Positions 10,359 to 20,356 of a DNA stretch of 64,000 nucleotides are shown one piece after another. Source of the DNA: Candidatus Woesearchaeota archaeon CG_4_10_14_0_2_um_filter_33_13 (GTDB lineage: Archaea > Nanobdellota > Nanobdellia > Woesearchaeales > GW2011-AR9). The notes under the pieces are model-generated. The model ran no database searches. It was not told where the DNA came from and was given only the letters and a program-made list of their open reading frames with translations. The position numbers were made by a program, and so were the translations under genes. Each line of letters begins with the position of its first letter. The first letter of the stretch is position 1. The stretch lies in NCBI GenBank assembly GCA_002792115.1, contig PFNQ01000013.1, forward strand, positions 7,236 to 71,235, written 5' to 3'.

Positions 10359-11856
10359 TACTGATGTGGTGTTAATTAACCTCAATGGACCATTACATAT
10401 GACTTCTAATTATTTGCATGCTCTATTGAAACGTGAGGGAATTTTAGTTAAAACTATTCACTTTAGAGAATATGAGCCTCGGAGCGAACCTCCTACAAAT
10501 AATGAATTAGAAATACTCTCAAATTTGATTAAAGAGATTAATCCTAAAATAATTAACATTTCTGTAAATTCAATGAATTACTTTGATGCTAAGGATATTA
10601 CTGAAAAAATAAGAGGGGAACTTGGCATCCCTTTTATTTGGGGGGGCCCCCATACCCTTGTAATGCCTGAAGAAAGTATTAAAATCGCAGATTTCATTTG
10701 TCGTGGTGAGGGCGATGTTTATTTCCCAGAACTAATTAAGAAATTTATTGCAGGTGAGGATTGCAGTAAAGTTCCGAACATTTGGATTAAGAGGGGCCTA
10801 GAAGTAATAAAAAACGAATTTGGGCCTCTAGTTAAAGATTTGGACATGCTTCCATTTCCGGATTACTCTGATGTGGATAAATATTATCTGATTGATTCTC
10901 GGATAAGCACAAAGTATGAAATTCCTTCTAGAAAGTATGTTTATCAACTAATGACTTCTCGAGGGTGTCCTTTCAGGTGTAGTTATTGTATGAATTCTCT
11001 TATATTTAACTTATTCCATAACAAATTTCTTCGTAAACGGGGAGTTAATTCAGTAATAGAAGAGTTAGTCCAAGTAAAAAAGATGCATCCAAAATTAAAA
11101 ACAATTTATTTTTGGGATGACGTGTTTGTAATGGATCTTCCTTGGTTAAAAGAATTTGCCAAAGTATATAAAGAAAAGATTAATATCCCATTTTTTTGCT
11201 ATTGCCACCCAATGTTTGTAAAAGATGAAACAATTAAAATTCTTAAATGGATGGGTGTTAAGATGATCTTTATTGGGATTGAGAGTGGTTCTCCGCGGGT
11301 TAGAAGAGAAATTTACGATCGTCACGAAACTAACGACAAAATAATTGAAGCAGCAACAATTATTAACAAACATAAAATTAAGGTTCATTATGACATCATC
11401 ACTTCAAAATTTGACACTCTAAAGGACTTTGACGTTGCATTACATCTGTTACTAAACTTGCCTAAACCGTTTCATATAAATCATAATAATTTGGCATATT
11501 ATCCGGGATTTAAAATTACGAATTTGGCCCTCCAAGAAAAAATAATATCAAAGCAGGAAGTTGCGGGGTATTCAAGAAAGATTAGAACACAATATGCAAC
11601 AAAAAATGAATTTGAGAATAATCCTGAATTGGCATATTATTACCTCATTGGGAGAAAATTCATCCCCAACCAGTTTATTTTTTGGTTGTACTCACATGAA
11701 TCTCATCTCAAACATAAGAGTTTATTTGGCCATATCCCTTCTTTGTTTGAAAGCTTTGATAATAATTTACATGCTCTAAATTTGATGTTTAAGCTGTTGT
11801 CATATGGGGAATTTAAATTTGTATTTTTTGAACTTAAGAAACGATTCTTTAAGTGA
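10345..11856 (+). CDS. B12-binding-domain radical SAM enzyme (class B)
   Basis: MTSRGCPFRCSYC (CxxxCxxC) preceded by an N-terminal B12-binding-like domain (WGGPHTLVMPEE; CRGEGDVYFPEL). 503 aa. Confidence 0.8.
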   Translation: MKNYNTDVVLINLNGPLHMTSNYLHALLKREGILVKTIHFREYEPRSEPPTNNELEILSNLIKEINPKIINISVNSMNYFDAKDITEKIRGELGIPFIWGGPHTLVMPEESIKIADFICRGEGDVYFPELIKKFIAGEDCSKVPNIWIKRGLEVIKNEFGPLVKDLDMLPFPDYSDVDKYYLIDSRISTKYEIPSRKYVYQLMTSRGCPFRCSYCMNSLIFNLFHNKFLRKRGVNSVIEELVQVKKMHPKLKTIYFWDDVFVMDLPWLKEFAKVYKEKINIPFFCYCHPMFVKDETIKILKWMGVKMIFIGIESGSPRVRREIYDRHETNDKIIEAATIINKHKIKVHYDIITSKFDTLKDFDVALHLLLNLPKPFHINHNNLAYYPGFKITNLALQEKIISKQEVAGYSRKIRTQYATKNEFENNPELAYYYLIGRKFIPNQFIFWLYSHESHLKHKSLFGHIPSLFESFDNNLHALNLMFKLLSYGEFKFVFFELKKRFFK

Positions 11857-11877
11857 GATACTTTAACATCTGTAAAA

Positions 11878-13500
11878 TTGTCAGAGATTCACAAACTTTA
11901 TATAAGCCCAGTTACACAGAATTTGTGGTGTACCCAAGTGATTCCTGATAACAAATATGTATTAGTTTTAAATTTAGGATTGAGGAGTATTAGAGCAATT
12001 GTTTTTGATCATACTGGTAAAAAGTTAACACATAGCTGGCTACCAGTAAGAACTTTTATTAAGGATGAGATGGTTGAACAAGATCCAAATGAGTGGTGGT
12101 CACTTGCCTTACGTGTAATTGACGAAGCTACTACTAGCCAAGAAATAAAAGATAATTTGGAATATATTACTGTTACAAGTTCATCTTGTAATCTGGTTCT
12201 TGTTGATGAAGATAAAAACTCGTTGGGTAATTCTTTAATGGTTTCTGACAAAAGGTCTTTAATACAGGCACAACAACTTTTTGAACATGAACCAATAAAA
12301 TATTTGTTTGATACACATAATATTCTTCCAGTTTCAAGTTTCTTAGCTCCAAAAATTCTTTGGATAAAAGATAAAGATCCAAATCGATTTTATCATACAA
12401 AACATTTTATTAGCTCTGATTCTTACCTTTTGATGAAACTAACTAATGGGATTATTGTTTCTGACCCTCTTAATGCTGAAAAAGCATTTTATTACATGCC
12501 TGAGAATAAATACCCTGCTCCATTATTAGAATATTTAGGTCTAACTGAAAAAAACTTTCCTCAAGTTAAGAATGTTGGAACAATTATTGGTAAAATTTCT
12601 CCTGAACTAAAAACTTTGTTTGCTTTTAACCAAAACGTTAGTGTGGTTCTTACAACTTATGATGCATTAGCTTCATTCTGGGGTTCGGGAGCACTAGAAG
12701 AAGGAGAAGCATGCATTGTTTGTGGAACGTGTTCTTCCATTAGAGTTTACTCTAAAGAAGGGCTAAAACAAAAAACTGCTGGATTATTATCTCAATATTT
12801 TGAAAATAAAAATGCTCATGTTGTTGGTGGATCAAATAATCTTGCAGGCGGTCTTTTAGAATGGGCTAAGGACGCATTTTATCAGGATGTTTATTCAGAT
12901 AATAATGACTATATCTTTGGTTTGATGGAGCAAGAAGCTAACACTAGTACTCTTGGAGCAAAAGGATTAATCTTTCTGCCATATCTTATTGGAGAAAGAA
13001 CCCCCTTCTTTGATTCTGAGGTTAGAGGTATGTTCTTTGGATTAGAAAGATCCCATAATAGAAAAGATATTATCAGATCAATCTACGAAGCCATTGGGTT
13101 TTTATCTTGGGATATTATCACATCTATGGAAAGAGGTGGGGTGTTAGTCAGAAATCTTCGCCTTTCTGGCGGCTTAGGAAAAAATGAGTTAATTTGTCAG
13201 ATTAAGGCTGATATTACTGGGAAAGAAGTTCATCTTTTGGATGAGGTTGAAACAACTGCTCTCGGATGTTTTATGCTTATTGCTTCTGCTTTAGGGGGTA
13301 ATGAAACACAGAAAGTTTTTCCCACAAATCTCTCTATCAGTAAAAGGTTCATTCCTAATTTAGATAACCATATCAAATATCAACAACTCTATCACCTTTT
13401 CAAAAAATTATACAAAGACAATAAAGAAAATTTTAAGTACAGAAATGAATTACTCAAAACAATTAATGAAAAGAGGAAATACGAAGTAAAAAACTTATAG
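11878..13500 (+). CDS. FGGY-family carbohydrate kinase (xylulokinase/glycerol-kinase-like, substrate unknown)
   Basis: 540 aa with FGGY architecture (LNLGLRSIRAIVFD..; VGGSNNLAGGLLEW; LPYLIGERTPF; RLSGGLGKNE). The track start is TTG, so the true start is uncertain. Confidence 0.75.
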   Translation: MSEIHKLYISPVTQNLWCTQVIPDNKYVLVLNLGLRSIRAIVFDHTGKKLTHSWLPVRTFIKDEMVEQDPNEWWSLALRVIDEATTSQEIKDNLEYITVTSSSCNLVLVDEDKNSLGNSLMVSDKRSLIQAQQLFEHEPIKYLFDTHNILPVSSFLAPKILWIKDKDPNRFYHTKHFISSDSYLLMKLTNGIIVSDPLNAEKAFYYMPENKYPAPLLEYLGLTEKNFPQVKNVGTIIGKISPELKTLFAFNQNVSVVLTTYDALASFWGSGALEEGEACIVCGTCSSIRVYSKEGLKQKTAGLLSQYFENKNAHVVGGSNNLAGGLLEWAKDAFYQDVYSDNNDYIFGLMEQEANTSTLGAKGLIFLPYLIGERTPFFDSEVRGMFFGLERSHNRKDIIRSIYEAIGFLSWDIITSMERGGVLVRNLRLSGGLGKNELICQIKADITGKEVHLLDEVETTALGCFMLIASALGGNETQKVFPTNLSISKRFIPNLDNHIKYQQLYHLFKKLYKDNKENFKYRNELLKTINEKRKYEVKNL

Positions 13501-13504
13501 AAAA

Positions 13505-14221
13505 ATGAAAGTATTAATCCCCCTCGCAGGACGTGGCTCACGCTTTATTGAAGCAGGTTATACCCTGCCAAAACCATTGGTTCTTATTATTAAAGAACCA
13601 ATGATTCGATGGGCAACTAAAAACCTTAACATTGAGGATAAAGATTTGATTTTTTTCATTCTCAAGATCCATATCGATAATTATCAATTAGATCAGAAAT
13701 TAAGAGAAATATTCTCCGCTAATATCAAAATTGTTGTTGTGGATAAAATTACCGAAGGGGCTCCAATAACTCTTCTTCAGGCAAAAGACATTATCGATAC
13801 CGAAGAAGAACTTTTAATATTTAATGGAGACCAGAACTTCAAAGAAAACATTATAGAAATGATTCGTAATCTTCCATTAAAGTATTCTGGGTTAATACCT
13901 GTGTTTCATTCAACACAAACAAAATTTAGTTACGCTCAAGTTGATAAGGGTATGGATGTTATAGAAGTGGCAGAAAAGATTCCAATTTCTAGTTATGCAA
14001 CTGCAGGAGTTTACTATTTCCGCCATGGAAAAGATTTTGTGTGGGCCACAGAACAAATGATATCTAAAGATATTAGAAGAGGGAATGAATTCTTTGTTTG
14101 TCCAGTATACAATGAATTGCTTGGACGCGGGGACAAAATAAAAGCCACCTTAATTGAAACTTTCTGGCCTTTAGGAACACCAGAAGATGTAGAACACTTT
14201 AAAAGGTATTATCATCCTTGA
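13505..14221 (+). CDS. Sugar-phosphate nucleotidyltransferase (GT-A fold), paralog 1
   Basis: MKVLIPLAGRGSRF..LPKPLV N-terminus. It shares AGVYYFRHGKDFVW..EFFVCPVYNELL..LGTPEDV with the ORF at 15478. Confidence 0.7.
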   Translation: MKVLIPLAGRGSRFIEAGYTLPKPLVLIIKEPMIRWATKNLNIEDKDLIFFILKIHIDNYQLDQKLREIFSANIKIVVVDKITEGAPITLLQAKDIIDTEEELLIFNGDQNFKENIIEMIRNLPLKYSGLIPVFHSTQTKFSYAQVDKGMDVIEVAEKIPISSYATAGVYYFRHGKDFVWATEQMISKDIRRGNEFFVCPVYNELLGRGDKIKATLIETFWPLGTPEDVEHFKRYYHP

Positions 14222-15047
14222 TGTGTTTATATAATTGTTTTAATTTATTGGGATAGTCAGTACAGATTCCATCAACATTCAATCTAATGAGGCGTTCCCA
14301 TACTTCTTCAAATCCTTCTTTTGATAGTGGGTGCTTAGGAATAGTATCTTTATGCAGTTCTGGTGAGATTGCGTAGACTAATTTGCCGTCATTATGGCAT
14401 TTATCAATAAACTCTTTGTTATATAATCCATGAACCCATTCATCTGCCCAGACAATTTCCCAACAATTCTCTTTAATGGCCTCTTGGTAGTTGTAGATTG
14501 TTGGATATCTTTTGTCCGGAAAGAGTATATTCTCTCCAATCGATAAAGATAGTTTAAGCTTAGGTTGGAGTTTTTGAAACTTTTTAGCAGAACTAATCAA
14601 AATGTCAAACACAAAAACACGTTTATAAATGTTAAAATCTGGAAAATCTTTTTCAAACTGGTCTAGTTCCTTAACTATCAATATTTCAATATCCTTTTCG
14701 GAACAATCTTTAACTTGAATTGCCAATTCAACCACAGGTAAGGATTTTGCTCTAAACAATTCTAATGTTTCTCTCAAGGAAGGAATTTTTCCAGTGTTAT
14801 TTACTCCAGTTGCTTTTATATAATTAATGCCAATTTTCTGAAGAGAATCAAAATTTATGTTAGTTATTTCTTTATCAATACTTGCTAGGCGTTTAAGATT
14901 AGAATCATGGATGACCACTAGTTTGCCATCTTTGGTACGGTGGATGTCAATCTCTAGACCAAACCCTTGTTCTAGGGCGTGTGTAAAAGATAAAATCGTA
15001 TTCTCTGGATAATTAAGCATTAATCCGCGATGAGCAAAAATTTTCAT
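14199..15047 (-). CDS. Glycerophosphodiester phosphodiesterase (GDPD family)
   Basis: MKIFAHRGL..YPENT..FGLEIDIHRTKDGKLVVIHD are classic GDPD motifs. Its 3' end overlaps the convergent neighbour by 23 nt. Confidence 0.8.
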   Translation of the reverse strand: MKIFAHRGLMLNYPENTILSFTHALEQGFGLEIDIHRTKDGKLVVIHDSNLKRLASIDKEITNINFDSLQKIGINYIKATGVNNTGKIPSLRETLELFRAKSLPVVELAIQVKDCSEKDIEILIVKELDQFEKDFPDFNIYKRVFVFDILISSAKKFQKLQPKLKLSLSIGENILFPDKRYPTIYNYQEAIKENCWEIVWADEWVHGLYNKEFIDKCHNDGKLVYAISPELHKDTIPKHPLSKEGFEEVWERLIRLNVDGICTDYPNKLKQLYKHIKDDNTF

Positions 15048-15151
15048 ACTACTCTCCTTATAACTGTTTTTTATATTTTTTTCGCAAGAGATATAACTTT
15101 AGGTCGCTTTTTTTCATAATTATTATAAATAAAAAGCGTAACCTTTGTTCC

Positions 15152-15481
15152 ATGGAAAGGCAAGATTTTAAGGAAATGACTAAAGGGTGGTTTGTTGGAG
15201 ATTTTGAGCCAAGTGCATTAAAGACAGATAAAGCGGAAGTAGCGGTTAAAAGATATAAAAAGGATGATTTTGAAGAAAAACATCATCATAAAGTTGCTAC
15301 GGAAATAACTTTAATTATCTCTGGAAAAGTTGAGATGAATAATCAGTGTTATCAAACCAATGATATTATTATAATTCTTCCTGGAGAAAGTACTAACTTT
15401 AAAGTTCTTGAAGACACTATTACCGTGGTCGTAAAAGTTCCATGTGTGAAAGGAGATAAATATTTAGGTGATGCAAAATGA
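15152..15481 (+). CDS. Small cupin-domain protein
   Basis: 109 aa with a His-rich cupin-like core (EEKHHHKVATEITLIISGKVEM). 4-nt overlap with the next gene. Confidence 0.55.
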   Translation: MERQDFKEMTKGWFVGDFEPSALKTDKAEVAVKRYKKDDFEEKHHHKVATEITLIISGKVEMNNQCYQTNDIIIILPGESTNFKVLEDTITVVVKVPCVKGDKYLGDAK

Positions 15482-16197
15482 AAATTGTTATGCCCATTGC
15501 GGGATTAGGTTCAAGATTTACTAAGGTGGGGATTGATACTCCAAAACCATTAATCAGTATTCTTAACAACCATATGGCAAAATGGTCTGCTAAATCCATT
15601 CCTTTTGCTAAACCGGAAGACTTTATTTTTATTCTCAGAAAAGAACATGTTAAATCTCATAATCTTGACAAGGAAATGCGGAAATTATTCCCCGAATGTA
15701 AAATCATTGAAATTGATTATGTTACTCAGGGAGCTGCATGTACTGTACTTTTAGCTAAAGAATTTATTAACAACGATGAACAACTAATAGTTACGGATTG
15801 TGACCATTTCTTTAGGAACACCCATTACAACTTTTTAGTAACTAGCAAGATTGATGACCTTAAAGGAATAATCCCTGTTTTTAAGGCTGATGGTGAGAAA
15901 TGGAGCTTTACAAAGTTTGATGAGAATAATGTAGTTTTACAAGTAGCAGAAAAGAAAAGGATTTCAGACTATGCTAATATTGGGGCGTACTATTTTCGAT
16001 ACGGGAAAGATTTCGTATGGGCTGCTGAAAAGATGATCAAAGAGAATAAACGGGTGAATAATGAATTTTATGTTGCTCCAGTTTATAATGAGTTGTTAGA
16101 AAGTGGCGCTAAGATTATGGCTGCCGTTTGTGACGAAGTATGGGGTTTGGGCACCCCAGAGGATGTTAAAATATTTGAAGAAAAGTTTATAAATTAA
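15478..16197 (+). CDS. Sugar-phosphate nucleotidyltransferase (GT-A fold), paralog 2
   Basis: MKIVMPIAGLGSRF..TPKPLI; IGAYYFRYGKDFVW..EFYVAPVYNELL..LGTPEDV. Roughly 35-40% identical by eye to the ORF at 13505. Confidence 0.7.
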   Translation: MKIVMPIAGLGSRFTKVGIDTPKPLISILNNHMAKWSAKSIPFAKPEDFIFILRKEHVKSHNLDKEMRKLFPECKIIEIDYVTQGAACTVLLAKEFINNDEQLIVTDCDHFFRNTHYNFLVTSKIDDLKGIIPVFKADGEKWSFTKFDENNVVLQVAEKKRISDYANIGAYYFRYGKDFVWAAEKMIKENKRVNNEFYVAPVYNELLESGAKIMAAVCDEVWGLGTPEDVKIFEEKFIN

Positions 16198-16793
16198 ATA
16201 GTAACAATTTTGGAAGTATGGTCTTTCGGATTGATTAAAACAGCATAAACCTCTTCATTAGAAGGATTATAAGCTATTATTTCTGGTTCAGAACAGTTTT
16301 CAAAATACCTTTTTGTATTACGCATTACTCCCAAATGTGAAATCACTAAAATTACATCTTTTTTGTTTCCTTTGATTAACTTCTTCAAGAAATTAGCAAC
16401 GCGGGGATAAATAATGGCATAACTTTCTCCAGCTAATCCTTCATACTCTCCGGGATGAACAAAATTATATTTGTCCTTGTTTCTTGTTTGCCAAAGATTA
16501 TCTGCCTTTAACAAAGATTTTTTATGACCTTCCCATGAACCATAACACATCTCTTTCAAATTATTAATAATTGTAACTGGAATGTTGGATTCTTTTGCAA
16601 TGACTTTCGTCGTCTCTATACACCGAGTAGCAGGACTAGAGAAGATTTGGATTACATTTATGGTCTTAGCTAGTTTTGCTAGTTTTTTTGCTTGTTCTAT
16701 TCCTTTTTTTGTTAATGGAGAATCTGATATCCCTTGTAATCTACCTTCACAATTATATTCAGTTTCTCCATGCCGTGCAAAAACAATTAACAT
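16194..16793 (-). CDS. Histidine phosphatase family protein (phosphoglycerate-mutase-like)
   Basis: N-terminal FARHGETEYN (RHG motif) and a later ISHLGVMR (His motif). 199 aa. Confidence 0.8.
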   Translation of the reverse strand: MLIVFARHGETEYNCEGRLQGISDSPLTKKGIEQAKKLAKLAKTINVIQIFSSPATRCIETTKVIAKESNIPVTIINNLKEMCYGSWEGHKKSLLKADNLWQTRNKDKYNFVHPGEYEGLAGESYAIIYPRVANFLKKLIKGNKKDVILVISHLGVMRNTKRYFENCSEPEIIAYNPSNEEVYAVLINPKDHTSKIVTI

Positions 16794-16865
16794 GTTTATC
16801 TTTTGGAAGGGGTTATTTATAAATTAATTGATATATCTAAGTATTATTTTATACTACTAAATAAA

Positions 16866-18146
16866 TTAATTCTTTTTTTTAAGTGCGTAATAAAAGTAAA
16901 CTATCCCCAAACTAGTACTTAACAAAGTAGCCAATACTGCTCCGGTGATATAATATTTTGGTATCAGGATAACATTGAAGAGTATGTTACTTGCTGTTTG
17001 TAATATCATCCCATAAAAATAGTTCTTTGTTTTTCTTAAGCTTGTTGCAGTGAGTAATGACATATAAACCATGTTTATTGAAAGTAATGTTGATGCTAGG
17101 CAGAAGATGATCCATGAATTAATTAAAAAGGGGTAATCATATATTTTAACAACAATAATGTATGTGATTGGCAGGAGCACCATAAAAGCAAGAGGGGTAG
17201 AAAATAGCAATAGCTTGTTTATTTTCTTAAAAGCAGATCCTTTTTCTTTAAACTGGGTTATTGTTGGGAATAAAACATTAATGAACACACCCGTGATGGT
17301 TGCAATAATTATAGTTGAAGCTAAGAAATAAGCTTGATACATCCCCACACTTTCAGTTCCGTAAAAATAATTTAACATTATCTTGTCAACGTTGGCCAAA
17401 ACTATTCCAGAAACTGAAGCAAAAATAATAAATTGATTATATTGACTAATTTTATTAAATACTTTCTGATTAAAGGTGATCTTTATTTTAGGGATAATGT
17501 ATTTAGTAGTCAAAAAGAAACTAATGATATGTATACTAAATAATGGAAGCAAGATCAAATAAATGCCTCTCCCTGTGAAATATAAATACACAAATGTAAT
17601 AAACAATACACTATGTGATATTATTTGTATTGTAGACAACTCTTTGAACTTTAACAATGTTTTGAGAAAGTTATCAGAATAACTAGATAATGCGACTAGT
17701 AATGCGTAAAAAATACTCAAAATAATTGTACTTATTTCTACTTTAAAAACAATGCTTAACAAACCTTTTATCAAAAATAAAATTATTCCAGAGAAAATAA
17801 AAATTACAAAGTAGGAAATGGTTATTGTTGAGAGTAATTCTGTCTTTTTAACTTGGCTTTCTTCTTCTTGATAAAATTTAGTTAAGGCATTTCCCCCAGA
17901 AAAGATAATTATTGGTAGGCATAATATTGTTCCAATAGATATAATCAAGTTAACTTTACCATATATTGCTGGACCCAAAACTCTGCCACCAATTGTTTGG
18001 ACCATAAATAGTAATCCTTTGGCAAAAAGTGTTGCCAGTAAAACAAGGCCAACATTCTTAAGAAAAGCTTTCTCGCCAGAGCTAATCTCATTATTAAATA
18101 TTTTCTGGTGCAATTTATATATTAAGTTAAGTAATAATCTTTTCAT
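16866..18146 (-). CDS. Oligosaccharide/polysaccharide flippase (Wzx / MOP superfamily)
   Basis: 426-aa polytopic membrane protein with about 12 hydrophobic segments, inside the glycan cluster. Confidence 0.65.
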   Translation of the reverse strand: MKRLLLNLIYKLHQKIFNNEISSGEKAFLKNVGLVLLATLFAKGLLFMVQTIGGRVLGPAIYGKVNLIISIGTILCLPIIIFSGGNALTKFYQEEESQVKKTELLSTITISYFVIFIFSGIILFLIKGLLSIVFKVEISTIILSIFYALLVALSSYSDNFLKTLLKFKELSTIQIISHSVLFITFVYLYFTGRGIYLILLPLFSIHIISFFLTTKYIIPKIKITFNQKVFNKISQYNQFIIFASVSGIVLANVDKIMLNYFYGTESVGMYQAYFLASTIIIATITGVFINVLFPTITQFKEKGSAFKKINKLLLFSTPLAFMVLLPITYIIVVKIYDYPFLINSWIIFCLASTLLSINMVYMSLLTATSLRKTKNYFYGMILQTASNILFNVILIPKYYITGAVLATLLSTSLGIVYFYYALKKKN

Positions 18147-18147
18147 T

Positions 18148-19290
18148 TTAACTCAATCTTTTATAAAATTCTAACGTTCTTTTCCAGCTAAATCTATTTT
18201 TGATACGTTCTTTAATTATTTTTGATGATTTTCTGAACAAATAATTATCTTTAATAAATTGTTTAATTCTAATCTTTATCACTTCTGGTTGATTTGGAGT
18301 AATTAAGTTAATGGTGTTTCCTTCCCCAACAATTTCTTTAGTTCCCCCCACATTCGTAGCAATAATCGGCAGACCCATAGCAGCAGCTTCTAACACAGAA
18401 GTGGGCATCCCTTCAGAGTAAGAAGGGTTGACAAAAATGTCAGTTATTGAAAGCGATTCTATTACTCCTTTTTGATCTTTGTTACCAACAAAAAGCGCAT
18501 TGACTCTTTGTTCTTTAGCTAAGTTCTCTAATTCTTTGCGATAAGGACCATCTCCAACAATCAAAAGAGTTACACCAGAAATACCTTTACAAGCTAAAAT
18601 TAGATCCTGTACTCCTTTAGCATAAATTAATCGTCCAACAAAAGTAATTATTTTGTTTTCTTTTGGAATTCCTAATTTCTGTCTTAAATCTGTTTTAACT
18701 TTTTTGTATTTTGTAACATCAATAGAATTAGGGATGTAAACCACTTTTTTTGGATTTGCTCCCATTTTAATGGCAAAATCACAGCAAGGTTTACTTATGC
18801 CAATAACTTTCCACGCCGATTTAAAGATTAACCTTCCTAAACTTTGATCATAAATCCACGCAATTAATTGTATTAATTTGTTATCATGTTTTACAAAAAC
18901 ATTACCATGTTCCGTATGTATTAGTTTAATTTTATTTTTCTTAGCAAACCACCATCCTAACAGTGTGCTTAAAAAGAACCTTGTTTGTGTGTTAATATAA
19001 TCATATTTCTGATCACCTAATTCTTTTAACATTCTTTTTGTTTGCTTGTTCCATCTAGGAATAGAATAAGTCTTCCCTAAAACACTTTTTGATGGAATGC
19101 GGTATATGTTAATGCCTTGATAGTTCTCATAAGAAGGAAGCCTACCATAATTAAAAGTTAGGACATCGGCTTGTATGCCCCTTTTAATAAGACCCGTGCT
19201 TAGATTTAGGACATAATTTTCTAATCCTCCAGCATAAGGATAAAAATTAGTGGTAAAGAACAGTATCTTCATTTTTCTCTCTTTTCTCAC
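18148..19290 (-). CDS. Glycosyltransferase GT4 (group 1)
   Basis: MKILFFTTNFYPYAGG..; SYSEGMPTSVLEAAAMGLPIIATNVGGTKEIV. The track start is GTG at 19290 (GTGA overlap with the upstream stop). ATG at 19272 (MKILFF) is an alternative. Confidence 0.85.
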   Translation of the reverse strand: MRKERKMKILFFTTNFYPYAGGLENYVLNLSTGLIKRGIQADVLTFNYGRLPSYENYQGINIYRIPSKSVLGKTYSIPRWNKQTKRMLKELGDQKYDYINTQTRFFLSTLLGWWFAKKNKIKLIHTEHGNVFVKHDNKLIQLIAWIYDQSLGRLIFKSAWKVIGISKPCCDFAIKMGANPKKVVYIPNSIDVTKYKKVKTDLRQKLGIPKENKIITFVGRLIYAKGVQDLILACKGISGVTLLIVGDGPYRKELENLAKEQRVNALFVGNKDQKGVIESLSITDIFVNPSYSEGMPTSVLEAAAMGLPIIATNVGGTKEIVGEGNTINLITPNQPEVIKIRIKQFIKDNYLFRKSSKIIKERIKNRFSWKRTLEFYKRLS

Positions 19291-19613
19291 TTTTTCTCTA
19301 AAGCAATTTTTCTAACCATATCTTCCATCTTTAGTTGTAATCTTTTAATATTTGTATAATTATAAAAAGATAGGGCAATCAAGAAAAGTATTCCTAACAC
19401 CGTCAATAAATCAATCGGACGAGACAAAGACATTTTCCTGATGAAATAGTCCAATGTGTATGAGAATAGAGTTAAAAGCATAAAACTTATCCAAACCAAA
19501 AACCACCCGATCATTTCCTTAACAGTAAATTCGTTTTTTCTAAATTTTAAGTACGTAACGTAAAGCATAAAGACACCAAATAAAATTCCTACAATTTGAA
19601 TTGTCGATACCAT
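19287..19613 (-). CDS. Small membrane protein, DUF2304-like (GT2-associated)
   Basis: 108 aa with 3-4 TM segments and an SRPIDLL motif. It sits directly downstream of a GT2, as is typical for DUF2304. Confidence 0.55.
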   Translation of the reverse strand: MVSTIQIVGILFGVFMLYVTYLKFRKNEFTVKEMIGWFLVWISFMLLTLFSYTLDYFIRKMSLSRPIDLLTVLGILFLIALSFYNYTNIKRLQLKMEDMVRKIALEKK

Positions 19614-19614
19614 C

Positions 19615-20271
19615 TTATCTTCTTAACCTCCACACCAGCATATTAAAAGCAATTGTTATTCCATCTAAGAAGGTTGTACCTTTATAATTGTCATGGTATA
19701 TCGTTTGAATGGGGATTTGGGTATATTTCAACTTTGATCTACCAAGATTGGCAATCATTTCTGTTTCTACAGAATAATCACTGGATTGCCATCTGATTAA
19801 CTTATAAGTGTGATCAGTAAATGCCCTGTACCCAGATTGTGTGTCATCTAATTTAATTTTAAACAACAATCTTGTCCAGATATTAAGAAACCAGTTGCCA
19901 AATTTTAATATTAATGGCATGTTTTTTGATCTTTTTCTAACACCAAAAACAAGGTCATAAGTTTCTAAGAGTTTGACGAATGTAGGGATCTCTGCGGGGT
20001 CATGTTGCCCATCAGAGTCCATGACAATAATCTTTTTAGCCCCACACTTTATTGCATAATCACAGCCAGTTTTTAAAGCAGAACCTTTGCCTAAGTTAAT
20101 GATATGTTGTAAAGAATGGACATTTGGAATGGTTTTGATTAATCTGGAAGTATTATCTGTGCTTCCATCATCAATTACAATAATATTTTGGGCATATTTC
20201 TTTGTTTCTTCTAAAGTAAAAACTATCCTTCTTTCTTCATTATAAGCAGGAATAACAATCCATTCATTCAT
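19615..20271 (-). CDS. GT2 glycosyltransferase, polyprenyl/dolichyl-phosphate sugar synthase-like
   Basis: VIPAYNEE, IDDGSTDNT and MDSDGQHDP motifs. 218 aa. TTTATAAA lies 23 nt upstream of the ATG. Confidence 0.8.
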   Translation of the reverse strand: MNEWIVIPAYNEERRIVFTLEETKKYAQNIIVIDDGSTDNTSRLIKTIPNVHSLQHIINLGKGSALKTGCDYAIKCGAKKIIVMDSDGQHDPAEIPTFVKLLETYDLVFGVRKRSKNMPLILKFGNWFLNIWTRLLFKIKLDDTQSGYRAFTDHTYKLIRWQSSDYSVETEMIANLGRSKLKYTQIPIQTIYHDNYKGTTFLDGITIAFNMLVWRLRR

Positions 20272-20293
20272 AGATCATAACTCAAAATATTGC

Positions 20294-20301
20294 TTTATAA
20301 A
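20294..20301 (-). promoter_or_regulatory. TATA box (TTTATAAA) for the GT2/DUF2304/GT4/flippase transcription unit
   Basis: Palindromic TTTATAAA 23 nt upstream of ATG 20271. Confidence 0.5.
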
Positions 20302-20356
20302 GATTATGAACTATAAAACCTCTCTGAAGTAAGAAGATAATAAAAAATAACGTTTC

